Positions 13,545 through 28,133 are shown, numbered from the stretch's first letter. The stretch is 64,000 nt of DNA from Eledone cirrhosa (GCA_964016885.1 CAXHJY010001252.1:1-64000), one strand, 5' to 3'. Translations and numbers: made by a program. The notes: generated by a model not told the origin, from the letters alone.

Positions 13545-14915
13545 ATATTGCCCTCGCCGTTCCACGGATCAAATATTGCCCTCACCACCCCACGGATCAA
13601 ATATTGCCTCACCACCCCACGGATCAAATATTGCCCTCACCACCCCACGGATCAAATATTGCCTCACGACCTCACGGATCAAATATTGCCTCACCACCCC
13701 ACGGATCAAATATTGCCCTCACCAACTCACGGATCAAATATTGCCCTCGCCGTCCCACGGATCAAATATTGCCCTCACCAACTCACGGATCAAATATTGC
13801 ACTCCTCACCCACGGATCAAATATTGCCCTCACCGCCCCACGGATCAAATATTGCCTCACCACCTCACCGATCAAATATTGCCCTCACCGCCCCACGGAT
13901 CAAATATTGCCTCACCACCTCGCGGATCAAATATTGCCCTCACCGCCCCTCGGATCAAATATTGCCCTCATGGATCAAATATTGCCCTCACCGCCCCATG
14001 GATCATATATTGCCCTCACCGCCCCTCGGATCAAATATTGCCCTCATGGATCAAATATTGCCCTCACCGCCCCATGGATCAAATATTGCCCTCCCTCCCC
14101 ACGGATCTAATATTGCTTTCCCCACCTCACAGATCAAATGTTGCCCTCCCCACCTCACGGTTTAAATATTGCTCTCACCGCTCCACGGATCAAATATTTC
14201 CCTCACGAACTCACCGATCAAATATTGCCCTCCCCACCCACGGATCAAATATTGCCCTCACCGATCAAATATTGCCCTCCCCACCCACGGATCAAATATT
14301 GCCCTCACCGATCAAATATTGCCTTCCCCACCTCACAGATCAAATATTGCCCTCACCGCTCCACGGATCAAATATTGCTCTCACCGCTCCACGGATCAAA
14401 TATTGCCCTCGCCGTCCCACGGATCAAATATTGCCCTCACCACCTCACAGATCAAATATTGCCCTCACCGCTCCACGGATCAAATATTGCTCTCACCGCT
14501 CCACGGATCAAATATTGCCCTCGCCGTCCCACGGATCAAATATTGCCCTCACCACCTCACAGATCAAATATTGCCCTCACCGCTCCACGGATCAAATATT
14601 GCTCTCACCGCTCCACGGATCAAATATTGCCCTCGCCGTCCCACGGATCAAATATTGCCCTCACCACCTCACAGATCAAATATTGCCCTCACCGCTCCAC
14701 GGATCAAATATTGCTCTCACCGCTCCACGGATCAAATATTGCCCTCGCCGTCCCACGGATCAAATATTGCCCTCACCACCTCACAGATCAAATATTGCCC
14801 TCACCACCTCACAGATCAAATATTGCCCTCACCACCTCACAGATCAAATATTTCCCTCACCGCTCCTGCCCTCGCCGCTCCACGGATCAAATATTACCCT
14901 CACCGCCCACGGATC
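13545..14915. repeat. 27-28-bp minisatellite (ccacggatcaaatattgccctcaccgc) with 112-bp higher-order repeat
   Basis: About 50 units. Variant cctcacagat recurs at 14331, 14443, 14555, 14667 and 14779. Confidence 0.95.
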
Positions 14916-15120
14916 AGTGGTTCTCTTATTAATACTCAGCAAGTTTAGTTTTTCTTGTAGTGGAAGTTTTTAAAATGAAACAAAACTTATCCCAAAATAT
15001 TTCTCTAAGAATGCATTGCAATCGTTCAAACTGCTCGCCCTTGCAGACTATAGTGTACTAATGATCATTGCAGCTGTATATGTGTGTGTGTATGTATATA
15101 TATATATGTATATATATATA

Positions 15121-15310
15121 TCAAGATGGATAGAGTAAGAAACTGGTTAGACCATAACTCATCAGAGTACTTGAGGTTGTAAAGTATGGTTATATGGAAG
15201 AGTCTGAAGCCCGACGGCGGAGCTCTTGCTGTTTCAACAGATAGTTCCAGACTACCTGGAACTGTCTGTTGAAACGGAGGGGTGTCAGCCGTTGGGGTCC
15301 CGACCCTTTC
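15121..15310 (-). mobile_element. Diverged copy of the hairpin element family H5
   Basis: Hairpin gtttcaacagatagttccag-actac-ctggaactgtctgttgaaac at 15231-15275. Tail resembles 38070-38150. Confidence 0.65.
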
Positions 15311-15327
15311 ATATATATATGTATATA

Positions 15328-15384
<57 letters not shown>

Positions 15385-15443
15385 GCATGCATATATATGT
15401 ATGTATATATATATATAAATATATGTATATATATATATATAAA

Positions 15444-15495
<52 letters not shown>

Positions 15496-15519
15496 TGTAT
15501 ATATATGTATATATGTATA

Positions 15520-15587
<68 letters not shown>

Positions 15588-15970
15588 CATGCATATATAT
15601 ATATATATATGCATATATATGTATATATATATATGTGCTTGTGTGTATGTACGTAACCGAATTATGTGTATGTAAGCATGTATGTCAGTGTGTATGTCCC
15701 TATATATATATGTGTGTGTGTTTTTGTGAAAATGGGAATGACACAGTGTGAGGGAGAGAGAGAGAGGGGGGGAGTACCCGAGTGTTAACGTGAACTGTGT
15801 GGGAAGCATTCTCTAAATGGAACTGTCTGTGTGTAGGGGGGGGGGACCGTTTATGTGTGTATGGTGTGTGTTTGTGTATGGTGTGTGCGTGTATGTGTGT
15901 GAGTGTGTGTGTGAGTGTACGTGTGTGTGTGTGTGTGTGTACGTGTGTGTGTGTGTGTGTGTGAGTGTAT

Positions 15971-16019
<49 letters not shown>

Positions 16020-16072
16020 TGTGTGTGTGTGTGTGTGTGAGTGTGTATGTGTGTGAGAGTGTGTGTGAGTGT

Positions 16073-16116
<44 letters not shown>

Positions 16117-16295
16117 GTGTGTGTGTGTACGTGTGTGTGGAAGACCGTTTAAACCATTGAGCAAGATTACTGGAGACAATGTTACTGATGACGGTTAATT
16201 CTGCCCAAAACGAAGTTGGCGGGAAATGTGTTTTCATTGATGGCTGCTGGGTGAAAGGGAACCGGGTGAGTCAGCTTGGAGGAATGTCTGTATGT

Positions 16296-16882
16296 AGTGG
16301 AGAGAGGGGGATGGAGAGAGAGGGAGGGGGGAGTGAGAGACAGAGTGATGGAGAGAGAGTGAGAGATAGGAGTGAGGGAGAGATAGAGGGAGGGGTGAGA
16401 GAGAAAGGGGATGGGGGAGAGATAGAGTGATGGAGAGATGAGAGAGGGGGGAGAGAGATGAGAGAGGGGGAGGGGGGTATGAGAGACAGTGATGGAGAGA
16501 GAGTGAGAGATAGGAGTGAGGGAGAGAGAGAGAGAGAGATAGGAGAGAGGGAGGGGGGAGATGAGAGAGAAAGGGGATGTGGGAGAGGGAGAGATAGAGT
16601 GATGGAGAGAGAGGGGGGAGAGAGATGAGAGAGGGGGAGATATATGAGAGAGAGCGGAAGAGAGAGATATGAGAGAGAAGAGAGAAAGGAAAGAAGAGAG
16701 GAGAGAAAGGAAAGATATGAGAGAGGGATAAAGAGAGTGAAGGAAAGATAGGAAGAGAAAAAAGAAAAAAAAGAGCGGTAGAGAAAGATGAGAGAGAGAG
16801 GTAAGGCAGTGAAAAAGGAAAGAAAGGAGGAAGAAGGTAAGGGAGAAAGAGAAAAAGGCAAGCGAGAGAGGGGGAAGGAAGG
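16296..16882. repeat. Polypurine GA-rich tract with internal repeats
   Basis: Almost exclusively G/A on the plus strand. Confidence 0.9.
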
Positions 16883-17094
16883 GTTTTGACAAGGTTAACG
16901 TTTGAAATTAAGTATAAATGCATGTGTTAGTTAACCAGCAGGAGAGGGTGGCACGCCTGGGAGGGACGGGAGATGTGTGTCAATGGTGAGGGCGATGGGG
17001 GGGGGGGGAGCAATTATATTATGAAAGTGGGATAAAGAGGAAGTGAGATTGGAGTTACAGAATTATATACGGAAATATATATGTCTGCCTTTTT

Positions 17095-18340
<1,246 letters not shown>

Positions 18341-18558
18341 GAATGTATTTGTAGAGGGATGGGCTCCTTCAGGCTTAAAATGGCCAAGAAACGCTGTATA
18401 TACGGCACCCCACCACTATAGCATGAGTTACGGGACCATACATACATGTATATAAATATTTTTTATATTTTATATCTAGGTATAAATTATATATATATTT
18501 ATGTATATACATGTGTGTGTGTGTGTATATATATACCTATATATATATATATATATAT

Positions 18559-18699
18559 ATATTTATTAAAATAACAGATTAAAGTTTAAGCAAACAAAGA
18601 ATCGCTGCTTTCACCCTTAACGGGATCTTCTGAAGATCCCGTTAAGGGTGAAAGCAGCGATTCTTTGCTTAAACTTTAATCTGTTATTTTAATAAATAT
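18559..18699. repeat. ~140-bp palindrome centred inside a hammerhead core (family H6)
   Basis: Axis at T18631 (tcttc-T-gaaga). Plus strand reads CTGAAGA-t ccc gttaa ggg t-GAAA. One 4-bp indel between the arms. Confidence 0.85.
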
Positions 18700-18872
18700 T
18701 TGCTCTACATTTCTTATATATCTGATATATATTTATCCTTATCGAGCCCTCTTTGGATTTTAGTCTTCAAATTTATTATTATTATTACTATATATATATA
18801 TATATATATATGTTTGTGTGTGTATATATATAAATATATATATATATATGTGTGTGTATGTGTATATATATA

Positions 18873-18936
<64 letters not shown>

Positions 18937-19121
18937 AGTGGTAACACAACACTTAGTTCACCATATATATATATATATATCTTACGTTAATTATTTTTCC
19001 ATTTTGACGTTATAGTCACTTATATATTATGAAATAATTATATATTATGAAATAATGGCACAAGGCCAGCAATTACCCAGTGCATTACTGGTTGGCTTCA
19101 TGCTCACAATAATTTCTATAC

Positions 19122-19152
<31 letters not shown>

Positions 19153-19168
19153 ATGTGTATATATATAT

Positions 19169-19356
19169 AATTGTTTCTACTTTAGGCACAAGGCCAGCAA
19201 ATACCCAGTGCATTACTGGTACTATATTTTATCGACCCCGTAAGGGTGAAAGGCAAAGTCAACCTCGGCGGGATTTGAACTCAGATCGTAAAGGGACGTA
19301 ACTATGCTGGAAAGCATGGCGTCTGACCCTCTACCCACACTGCCAATCCACCGCCC
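19169..19356 (-). mobile_element. SINE family A
   Basis: Homology, inserted in (TA)n. A short fragment also occurs at 19058-19092. Confidence 0.9.
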
Positions 19357-19415
19357 TATATATATATATAATGACGAAACATAAGTCAATTGCATGAACT
19401 CATAATCTTTTATTT

Positions 19416-19471
19416 ACTGCTATATATATTTCGATGATAGCCATTGAATGGCTATGACCTCATCAGGCAGT
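19416..19471 (-). ncRNA. Minimal type-I hammerhead ribozyme (family H7)
   Basis: actgc-CTGATGA-ggtc atagcca ttcaa tggctat catc-GAA-atatatat-A-gcagt. AUA triplet. Lies in a ~280-bp island between (TA)n runs. Confidence 0.85.
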
Positions 19472-19648
19472 TAGTCAGTTCTTAGATATGCCAGCTCTGT
19501 GTTTATAGTGTTGATGGCATCAGAGCCTTGGGACATATGTAAACATATATAAACATTTTAGTACAGCATTAACGAAGCTTTAGGCTGCGGCTAAGCTAAC
19601 GAATGCAAATTCGAAATGAAGCTTTAGCACTCGATAGAGAATAATACC

Positions 19649-19695
<47 letters not shown>

Positions 19696-19924
19696 AAGAT
19701 CAACATTGCTTCTCATACTTGCTGTAGCAATTAAAATAATGTTTCACCAATTTACGAAGTTGATTTAGTCGGCTACATCTCTCCCTGTATTAGAAATTAT
19801 ATGTTTAACCCTTTAGCATTTAAAACGGCCGTATCCAGCCAGAATTCTCTCACCCTTTTCTGTTCATACCGGCCATTGTTCTCAAAATAAATAACATCAA
19901 AACCTCATAGATTTGATATTATGT

Positions 19925-20975
19925 GAAATAATTATGTGAGATAATTATGTGAGGTAAAACCTTTACTGTGAAAATACAATAGTATATATAGAGTAATGTA
20001 AATGTTATGTGAGATATTATGTGAAGTAAAGCCTTTACTGTGAAAATACAATAGTATATATAGAGTAATGTAAATGTTATGTGAGATATTATGTGAGGTA
20101 AAGCCTTTACTGTGAAAATACAATAGTAAATATAGAGTAATGTAAATGTTATGTGAGATATGTGAGGTAAAGCCTTTACTGTGAAAATACACTAGTATAT
20201 ATAGAGTAATGTAAATGTTATGTGAGATATGTGAGGTAAAGCCTTTACTGTGAAAATACAATAGTATATATAGAGTAATGTAAATGTTATGTGAGATATT
20301 ATGTGAAGTAAAGCCTTTACTGTGAAAATACAATAGTATATATAGAGTAATGTAAATGTTATGTGAGATATTATGTGAGGTAAAGCCTTTACTGTGAAAA
20401 TACAATAGTAAATATAGAGTAATGTAAATGTTATGTGAGATATTATGTGAAGTAAAGCCTTTACTGTGAAAATACAATAGTATATATAGAGTAATGTAAA
20501 TGTTATGTGAGATATTATGTGAGGTAAAGCCTTTACTGTGAAAATACAATAGTATATATAGAGTAATGTAAATGTTATGTGAGATATTATGTCAGGTAAA
20601 ACCTTTACTGTGAAAATACAATAGTATATATAGAGTAATGTAAATGTTATGTGAGATATGTGAGGTAAAGCCTTTACTGTGAAAATACAATAGTATATAT
20701 AGAGTAATGTAAATGTTATGTGAGATATTATGTCAGGTAAAGCCTTTACTGTGAAAATACAATAGTATATATAGAGTAATGTAAATGTTATGTGAGATAT
20801 TATGTGAGGTAAAGCCTTTACTGTGAAAATACAATAGTATATATAGAGTAATGTAAATGTTATGTGAGATATTATGTGAAGTAAAGCCTTTACTGTGAAA
20901 ATACAATAGTATATATAGAGTAATGTAAATGTTATGTGAGATATTATGTGAGGTAAAGACTTTACTGTGGAAATA
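19925..20975. repeat. 72/69-bp minisatellite, about 14.5 copies
   Basis: Unit atgtgagatattatgtgaggtaaagcctttactgtgaaaatacaatagtatatatagagtaatgtaaatgtt. Confidence 0.97.
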
Positions 20976-21021
20976 TATATATATATATACACCCTTTATA
21001 TTACATATATTAATATGGTGT

Positions 21022-21055
<34 letters not shown>

Positions 21056-21243
21056 CACCCTTTATATTACATATATCAATGAGGTATTGTGTGTATATCC
21101 ATGTATAAAGAAAGGTTCCCAACATTTCTACTGATAAATTTGGAAAGTTGAAAAGCTCACTCCCCAGTGATATACTAAGACACAATATAGTTTTGTCTGT
21201 TTGCTGTTCATTATGATTTCATCTATAAACCCATTAATATATA

Positions 21244-22047
21244 CTAGCAGAAAAACCACCCCACGGGTGATTTTCTGTTGGCATGTGTAGTGTGTATATT
21301 GATATTATACACAAATATATATACATGTAGATATGATACATCAAATAACATCGTAATTGACAATATACAGAGAAATTGAACGAAGACTGTGTAACACTGT
21401 CTTATGTAATCAGTAACGTAATCCATGGTACATTAAAAAAAAGACGATATTATATATAAACTGCATTAGGAGAAAATTAGTGACGAAAATATATGAATGT
21501 TTATTTAAACGATCGCTAACCGGAAGTGTTGACATTTGAACATTTTAAAGAAGTGAATCTTTAAATAAACAATAAAATATATTTAATCAACAGCTACGGA
21601 ATTTATTAGATAAATTATGTAATATCCATTCATTATTTTGGATTGGCAGTATCGGTGGAGGGTCGGACGCCATGCTTTCCAGTATAGATACGTCCTTTTA
21701 CGATCTGAGTTCAAATCCCGCCGAGGTTGACTTTGCCTTTCATCCTTACGGAGTCGATAAAATAAAGTACCAGTCATGCACTGGGTATTTGCTGGCCTTG
21801 TGCCAAAAGTAGAAACAATTATTTATTAAAAGTAAATTTATTAAAAAGTTCAAATCCCGCCGAGGTTGACTTTGCCTTTCATCCTTACGGAGTCGATAAA
21901 ATAAAGTACCAGTCATGCACTGGGTAATTGCTGGCCTTGTGCCAAAAGTAGAAACAATTATTTATTAAAAGTAATCCAACTTATTTTACAAACGGGATAA
22001 CAAATCATATTCTGGACACAGTCCCGCACTCCTTACTTTATTATAGT
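21244..22047 (-). mobile_element. Probable non-autonomous Helitron with nested SINEs
   Basis: Minus 3' end is a cacccgtggggtg hairpin followed by CTAG-T. The 5'-like end is ctataataaag near 22046. Confidence 0.45.
21640..21962 (+). mobile_element. SINE family A plus tandem partial duplicate
   Basis: 21640-21822 is nearly full length. 21847-21962 repeats from the B-box to the tail. Confidence 0.9.
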
Positions 22048-22459
22048 TACATTTAATTAAATATACACTACATCAAAAGAAACACTAGTTCTTTTGTAAA
22101 TATTTCCTAAATAAGTATAAAAAATATTAGGAATTTTATTAGGATAATCAACACACCTTTAATGATATTTAAATAAGGAACCATAAATTAACTAACACCG
22201 GTTAATAACGACATTTTCACATTAATATAGTTTTAACTTAACTATGTATAAAATCATGATAGACCTTTGTTTTTCGTAAAAGTTTTCTTTAAAAGTAATA
22301 AATATAAACAATATATTGATATGTATGAAAATACTTGATAAACACCGTAAAACTATTTAGATAAAGAACCTTAAATAAACTAGCACCGGTTAATAACGCT
22401 TTTTGAAATGGCGGCCGTTGAAAATATTTGAAATGCACCAAACCTATAGAAAAGCGTTA

Positions 22460-22765
22460 CCTTTAGAGGTTGTATTGTCAAGCCGTTCATCTCTAGATTT
22501 TCAGAGAAGGGCACAACTCTTCTACGTTTTACTGTCAAATATGCACATTTGGACTCAACAAATTTCATTCTGATGCCTGCAGAAAATTTTGTAATGAGGT
22601 TCAATTGTTTTTTAATATAGTTGATATTTTTGCTCATACAACTTCAGGTCATCAACAAAGAAAAGATGGGAGATACTTCTGGACCCACTTCTATGACCAC
22701 TTTGTTTTGTGAGCAGGTATGATAGTGAGTTTAGTGAGAGGACTAAGAGCATCACGGATAAGCTA
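22460..22765 (-). pseudogene. Non-LTR reverse transcriptase fragment (R4/Dong-like)
   Basis: ISHLFFVDDLKLY, then a frameshift, then LNLITKFSAGIRMKFVESKCAYLTVKR (RT motifs 5-7). Confidence 0.7.
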
Positions 22766-23075
22766 TCACCCTGAAATATGCCTTTATGTATGTATGTGTG
22801 TATGTATTAATGTGTATATGTGTGTATGTATCTGTGTATATATGTGTGTATGTATGTGTGTATATGCGTGTATGTATGTATGTGTATACATGTGTGTATG
22901 TATGAGTATATATGTGTGTATATGTGTGTATGTATGTGTATATATGTGTGTGTGTATATATGTATGCATGTATGTATGTATCTGTATATGTGTGTGTGTA
23001 TATATATGTAAGTATGCATGTGTATATATGTATGCATGTATGTACCTGTACAAGTGTGTATGTGTATATATACAC

Positions 23076-23138
<63 letters not shown>

Positions 23139-23139
<1 letters not shown>

Positions 23140-23729
23140 TAGCAGTGGTACCCGGCGTTGAATGGGATAATGTAGTATGAAATATATAACCGCCTTAGCT
23201 AAGCTTAGTATTACCACAACCACGGCTGGCAAAGAAATAAGGGTCTGGTGGTACGTAAGTAAGCAACACTGTGGCTTAAAACGTGAGGAAGAAGTTGTGT
23301 GCACTTACCAAATGTTTGGGGAATAAGTGTGAGATTTGTCTTGAGCAAGGGTGACGGAATAGCCGGAGGCAGCAGACAGCCAGACATACAGACAGATATT
23401 ATAAGGGCGCATTCTGTAAGCAGAGCAAATTGTAGGAAGTGACGTAAGGCAGACAGCCAGACATACAGACAGATATTATAAGGGCGTGACATTATATGTA
23501 TGTATCTATCTAAAAAGAGAAAGACTAAGAATTATAGAGAGAGATCGCTAAATAGCCTAATGCGGTCTCTAGGGCATTGAAAATTTGAAATTCTTTTGCT
23601 CAGAACACTCCCTGAAATATAAGTATTACATGTGTAAAGTTTCAAAACAGTCGGTTGGGTGCTTCTCTAGCTTTAGGGATTCAAACTCTCACACACACAC
23701 ACCGACAGACATACTCAGTTTTATATATA
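23139..23729 (-). mobile_element. Non-autonomous Helitron-like element abutting the next Helitron
   Basis: 3' end ccc..aacgccggg-taccactg-CTAG-T. 5' end tatatataaaactgag. GACA repeats inside. Confidence 0.6.
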
Positions 23730-23730
23730 A

Positions 23731-24394
23731 CTAGCAGTAAAGCCCGGCGTTGCTCGGGGTCGCTCAGTAGCTGTGTTAAAGTTACAATGTTAAGTTTCTT
23801 TTTTGGCTTAAAGTCTGTCTGCACGACTGTCTGTCTGCACGCCTAACGAAATTTACAGATACATATATTTTAAATAAACTTATATAATTTTTGCCTTTTT
23901 TTACGAAATATTTGCTTGTTTTACGTAGTCTTTAAATAGACTTGTTTTCAAGTAAAAATATTGTTTTAAAAGGCTTTTAAATGGAAATGAAGCAAAACGG
24001 AAACTTAGTGTTCGAACTGATGAATTTTGCATGTCAAAATTTTGCTGGCTCGACAACTGTTCGTGTATTGTGTTAATGTCATTTTAAACGCTGAGAAAGC
24101 CAGCGTAATTTTTTTAATTTTTGCACGCAGAAAATGTAAACAGAACGTAAGACGCTCAATGTAAACAGAACAAAGGGAAATAACTCGTCACTTACGCTCA
24201 AAAAGCGATACATTAGATTCGATTTCGTCACATAGGGTGGGTCAATTTGAAATATTTTTTTTCCGATGTCTTCGCTAGGGCTCAATGTACAAGTATAGCA
24301 ATTTCGGTGCAATTCCGTCAGAGATCCTAAGAGGAGATGTGTGCCAAAAATCGATAGACAGACAGACAGACAACCACAGCTTTATATATATAGA
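23731..24394 (-). mobile_element. Non-autonomous Helitron
   Basis: Minus strand reads A|TCTATATATATAAAG...(TGTC)n...cccgagcaacgccggg-ctttactg-CTAG|T, giving canonical TC/CTAG ends, a subterminal hairpin and an A-T target. Confidence 0.8.
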
Positions 24395-24693
24395 TGATAT
24401 ATATGTATGGAAAAGAATGAAACGAAATTTCATTTCTCACTCTTAGATTTCTCACTCTTAGTACGGCTGATACTTAAATATAAGTATGTATACGTCCATA
24501 CATATATGTATACAGACGTACAGTAGTATGTATATATATATATATACATACAAGCACATATATATATATATGTACGTATGGGGTTACCGAACATTTATTA
24601 TAATGTTCGGTTTGTTTGTCAACAAACAGCCCGAATTACGCCGTACAGTGTTCGGCAACCATCGTGGCCTTTTTGTTCAACACTGACACAGGA

Positions 24694-24736
24694 ACGATGT
24701 ACCAGTTTCAAGCTTATTAGCTATCGTCAGCATCGT
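24694..24736 (-). ncRNA. Minimal type-I hammerhead ribozyme (family H4)
   Basis: acgatg-CTGACGA-t agct aata agct t-GAA-ac tg gt-A-catcgt. Confidence 0.9.
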
Positions 24737-25125
24737 ATACCTTCCTGTCAGATGATTGAACGTTTGAAAGTATATACTTTCCTTATGCATATTAACGGCT
24801 GAGCAGCCTAATTTGCATATCGAGTGAGTTATTCGCCGGGCGTACCGAAAACGATAAATGGAAAAGAATGAAACGAAATTTCATTTCTCACTCTTAGTAC
24901 GGCTGATACTTAAATGTAAGTATGTATACTTACATACATATATGTATACAGACACACAGTAGTATGTATATATATACATACATGCACACATATATATATG
25001 TACGTATGGGTTACCGAACATTTATTATAATAACTCACTCGATATGCAAATTAGGCTGCTCAGCCGTTAATATGCATAAGGAAAGTATATACTTTCAAAC
25101 GTTCAATCATCTGACAAGAAGGTAT

Positions 25126-25168
25126 ACAATGCTGACGATAGCTAATAAGCTTGAAACTAGTACATCGT
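25126..25168 (+). ncRNA. Minimal type-I hammerhead ribozyme (family H4)
   Basis: acaatg-CTGACGA-t agct aata agct t-GAA-ac ta gt-A-catcgt. Confidence 0.85.
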
Positions 25169-25456
25169 TCCTGTGTCAGTGTTGAACAAAAAGGCGACGA
25201 TGGTTGCCGAACACTGTACGGCGTAATTCGGGCGGTTTGTTTACAAACCGAACATTATAATAAATGTTCGGTAAACCCATACGTACATATGTGTGTGCAT
25301 GTATGTATATAATATACATACTACTGTACGTCTGTATACATATATGTATGTACGTATACATACTGATATATATGTATATGTGTTTATAATCAACGTTGAT
25401 ATTTTTTCTTTGTCAGAAATGAACAATCAAAAAGTCATAAATTTACTATTTCTTCA

Positions 25457-26185
25457 CTACCACCACACACAACTACCACACACCACTACCCCACTACCAC
25501 ACCACCACACCACCACACACCACTACCACGCCACCACACATCACTACCACACCACCACACCACCACACACCACTACCACACCACCACACACCACTACCAC
25601 ACCACCACACACCACCACACACCACTACCACACCACCACACACCACTACCACACCACCACACACCACTACCACACCACCACACACCACTACCACACCACC
25701 ACTACCACCACACACCACTACCACACCACCACACACCACTACCACACCACCACACACCACTACCACACCACCACACACCACTACCACACCACCACACCAC
25801 CACTACCACACCACCACACCACCACACCACCACTACCACACCACCACACACCACTACCACACCACCACACCACTACCACACCACCACACCACTACCACAC
25901 CACCACACACCACTACCACACCACCACACACCACCACCACACCACTACCACACCACCACACACCACTGCCACACCTACTCCACACCACCACCGCCACTAC
26001 CATCACCACCAACACAACCACCCTTTCTACCACCGTCCCTACCACCCCTACCACCACTACCACACCTACTACCACCACCGCACCTACCGTCACCACCAAC
26101 ACCCCTGCTACCACTACTACCCCCACCACTACTACCCAGCCCACCACCCTTACCACCACAACTACCCCCCTCCCGCTACCACCCC
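25457..26185. repeat. CAC-derived 21-bp minisatellite and C-rich tract
   Basis: Unit caccactaccacaccaccaca. Confidence 0.9.
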
Positions 26186-26631
26186 TGTGTTTGTGTCCAA
26201 TAAAACATGTGATTAGTTGTTTGTGTTCGATCACACAGGAATGTCCCTGACCGGAAATTGGTTCTCACTGTTCAATACTGATCTATAGGATTGTGGGTGT
26301 TTGTTGACTGATGACGTCACCCATACTATCAACGAGGTGGTTGTGGTGGTGGTGACTGTAACGTGGGTGTGGATTTAAGGTAGTGGTGACGGTGGTGGTA
26401 GTGGGGGGGGGGTCAGGCTCGTGGTGGCGGCAGTAGTCATGGTGTTGGTGGGAGTGGTAGTGGTCATGGTGGTGGGGGTGCTGGTGGTGGGGGGGATTAA
26501 GGCGATTCCGATTTATCCACCCACTTCCGCCGATACGAATATCCAATATTGCCGCATGCGTGAGACTGGCTTCCGGTGAGGGATTATGTCACAACAACAG
26601 AGAAATATTTGTTGTTGCAGCTTCTCAGCTC

Positions 26632-26713
26632 GCATATACATACACATACACACATACACATATACATATATATATATACATGTATATACACATATGCACA
26701 CATACATATATAC

Positions 26714-26748
<35 letters not shown>

Positions 26749-26785
26749 CATATATATACACACTTGCACACATACATATATACAC

Positions 26786-26823
<38 letters not shown>

Positions 26824-26855
26824 ATACACATATGCACACATACATATATACATAT

Positions 26856-26908
<53 letters not shown>

Positions 26909-27061
26909 TACACACACTTGCACATATACATATATACACATATACATATATATATATATATATACATGTATATACACATATGCACACATACATATATACA
27001 TACATATATATATATATATATACATATATATACATACTTGCACATATACATATATACACAT

Positions 27062-27092
<31 letters not shown>

Positions 27093-27365
27093 CATATATA
27101 TACATACTTGCACATATACATATATACACATATACACATATACATACATATATATATACATATATATACACACATGCACACATACATATATGCATACATA
27201 CATATATATGCACACATACATTCATACTTATATATGCATTCACACATACATACATACATATATACATACATGCACATATACATACATATATATATACACA
27301 CACACATACATACATGCATACATACATTCACATATACATACATATATACATGCATACATATATAT
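26632..27365. repeat. TA/CA compound microsatellite with higher-order repeats
   Basis: Directly visible. Confidence 0.95.
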
Positions 27366-27367
27366 CT

Positions 27368-27487
27368 ATTCATTAACTGTGGAGATATAAAAGATATAGA
27401 AGCGAAAACCCACCAAACAGTGGGTGTGTTCTGTTATTATTTCAGGCAATATTACAACAATATGACCCTCCCCAAGTATAACAATAT
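27368..27487 (+). mobile_element. Family H2 tail fragment
   Basis: Matches 11225-11342. Confidence 0.85.
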
Positions 27488-27496
27488 ATATATATA

Positions 27497-27966
27497 TCAA
27501 CTCCTCTGCCTCCTTCGCTGTATTTGTCACCAAAACTATGTCGTCGCCAAATTCAACATCTGATACCTTTTTCCCCTTAACTCTCCTGCTCTGAGCCAGT
27601 GTTACAGTAAAGCCAGAGTCCTGGTGTTTCTCCATCGCAAGACGCATACAATAGTCCACTACGATGATAAAAAGGTGGGGAGCCAAAGTATCTCCCTGGA
27701 GCACTCCAGCCAGTATCACAAAGAACTCTGTCATCCCATCAGGTGTAATAACTTGGGCTTTGGTGTTGGTGTAGAGCAGTGATATCAGGTCCACTATCTT
27801 CTTGGGGATTCCATAAGCCTGTAAGATCTTCATCAGGCAGTGACGGTCCACAGAATCAAAGGCCTTCCTAAAGTCAATGAAAACCATGACCGCAGGAAGG
27901 CACTTTGCTCTAGCTCCCTCTAGTATCCTCCTCAGCATCAGGATGTGACTGGTGGTTGATCTTCCC
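27497..27966 (-). pseudogene. RTE-type LINE reverse transcriptase fragment (inverted segment)
   Basis: GRSTTSHILMLRRILEG..FIDFRKAFDSVDR..GVLQGDTLAPHLF..FGDDIVL. Confidence 0.9.
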
Positions 27967-28133
27967 TATGGGAGCCCTTGCATGGACACACTGGAAGAGG
28001 AAGACAAGGGTTAACGTATGTTGATGCCCTAAGGACAGACACTGGTCTCTTGGAGACGCAGGACATGGCAGCGATAATGAGGGACAGAGACCGCTGGAGA
28101 GAACTCGTCCATGGATCTCGGGAATTTTACCCG

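Larger units (their letters stand above)
24407..25362. mobile_element. Family H4 retrozyme/pLTR-like element: partial tandem plus inverted copy
   Basis: Unit 24407-24856, restart 24857-25030, inverted copy 25031-25362. Contains two HHRs. Confidence 0.85.

Noticed and set aside
13548-14973. Repetitive ORFs or a CRISPR-like array
   Set aside because: Several frames are open because the unit lacks stops. Linkers are short and mutually related, there are no cas genes, and the context is eukaryotic.
19932-20992. 24-aa repeat protein
   Set aside because: Minisatellite translation open in two frames, with no supporting gene structure.
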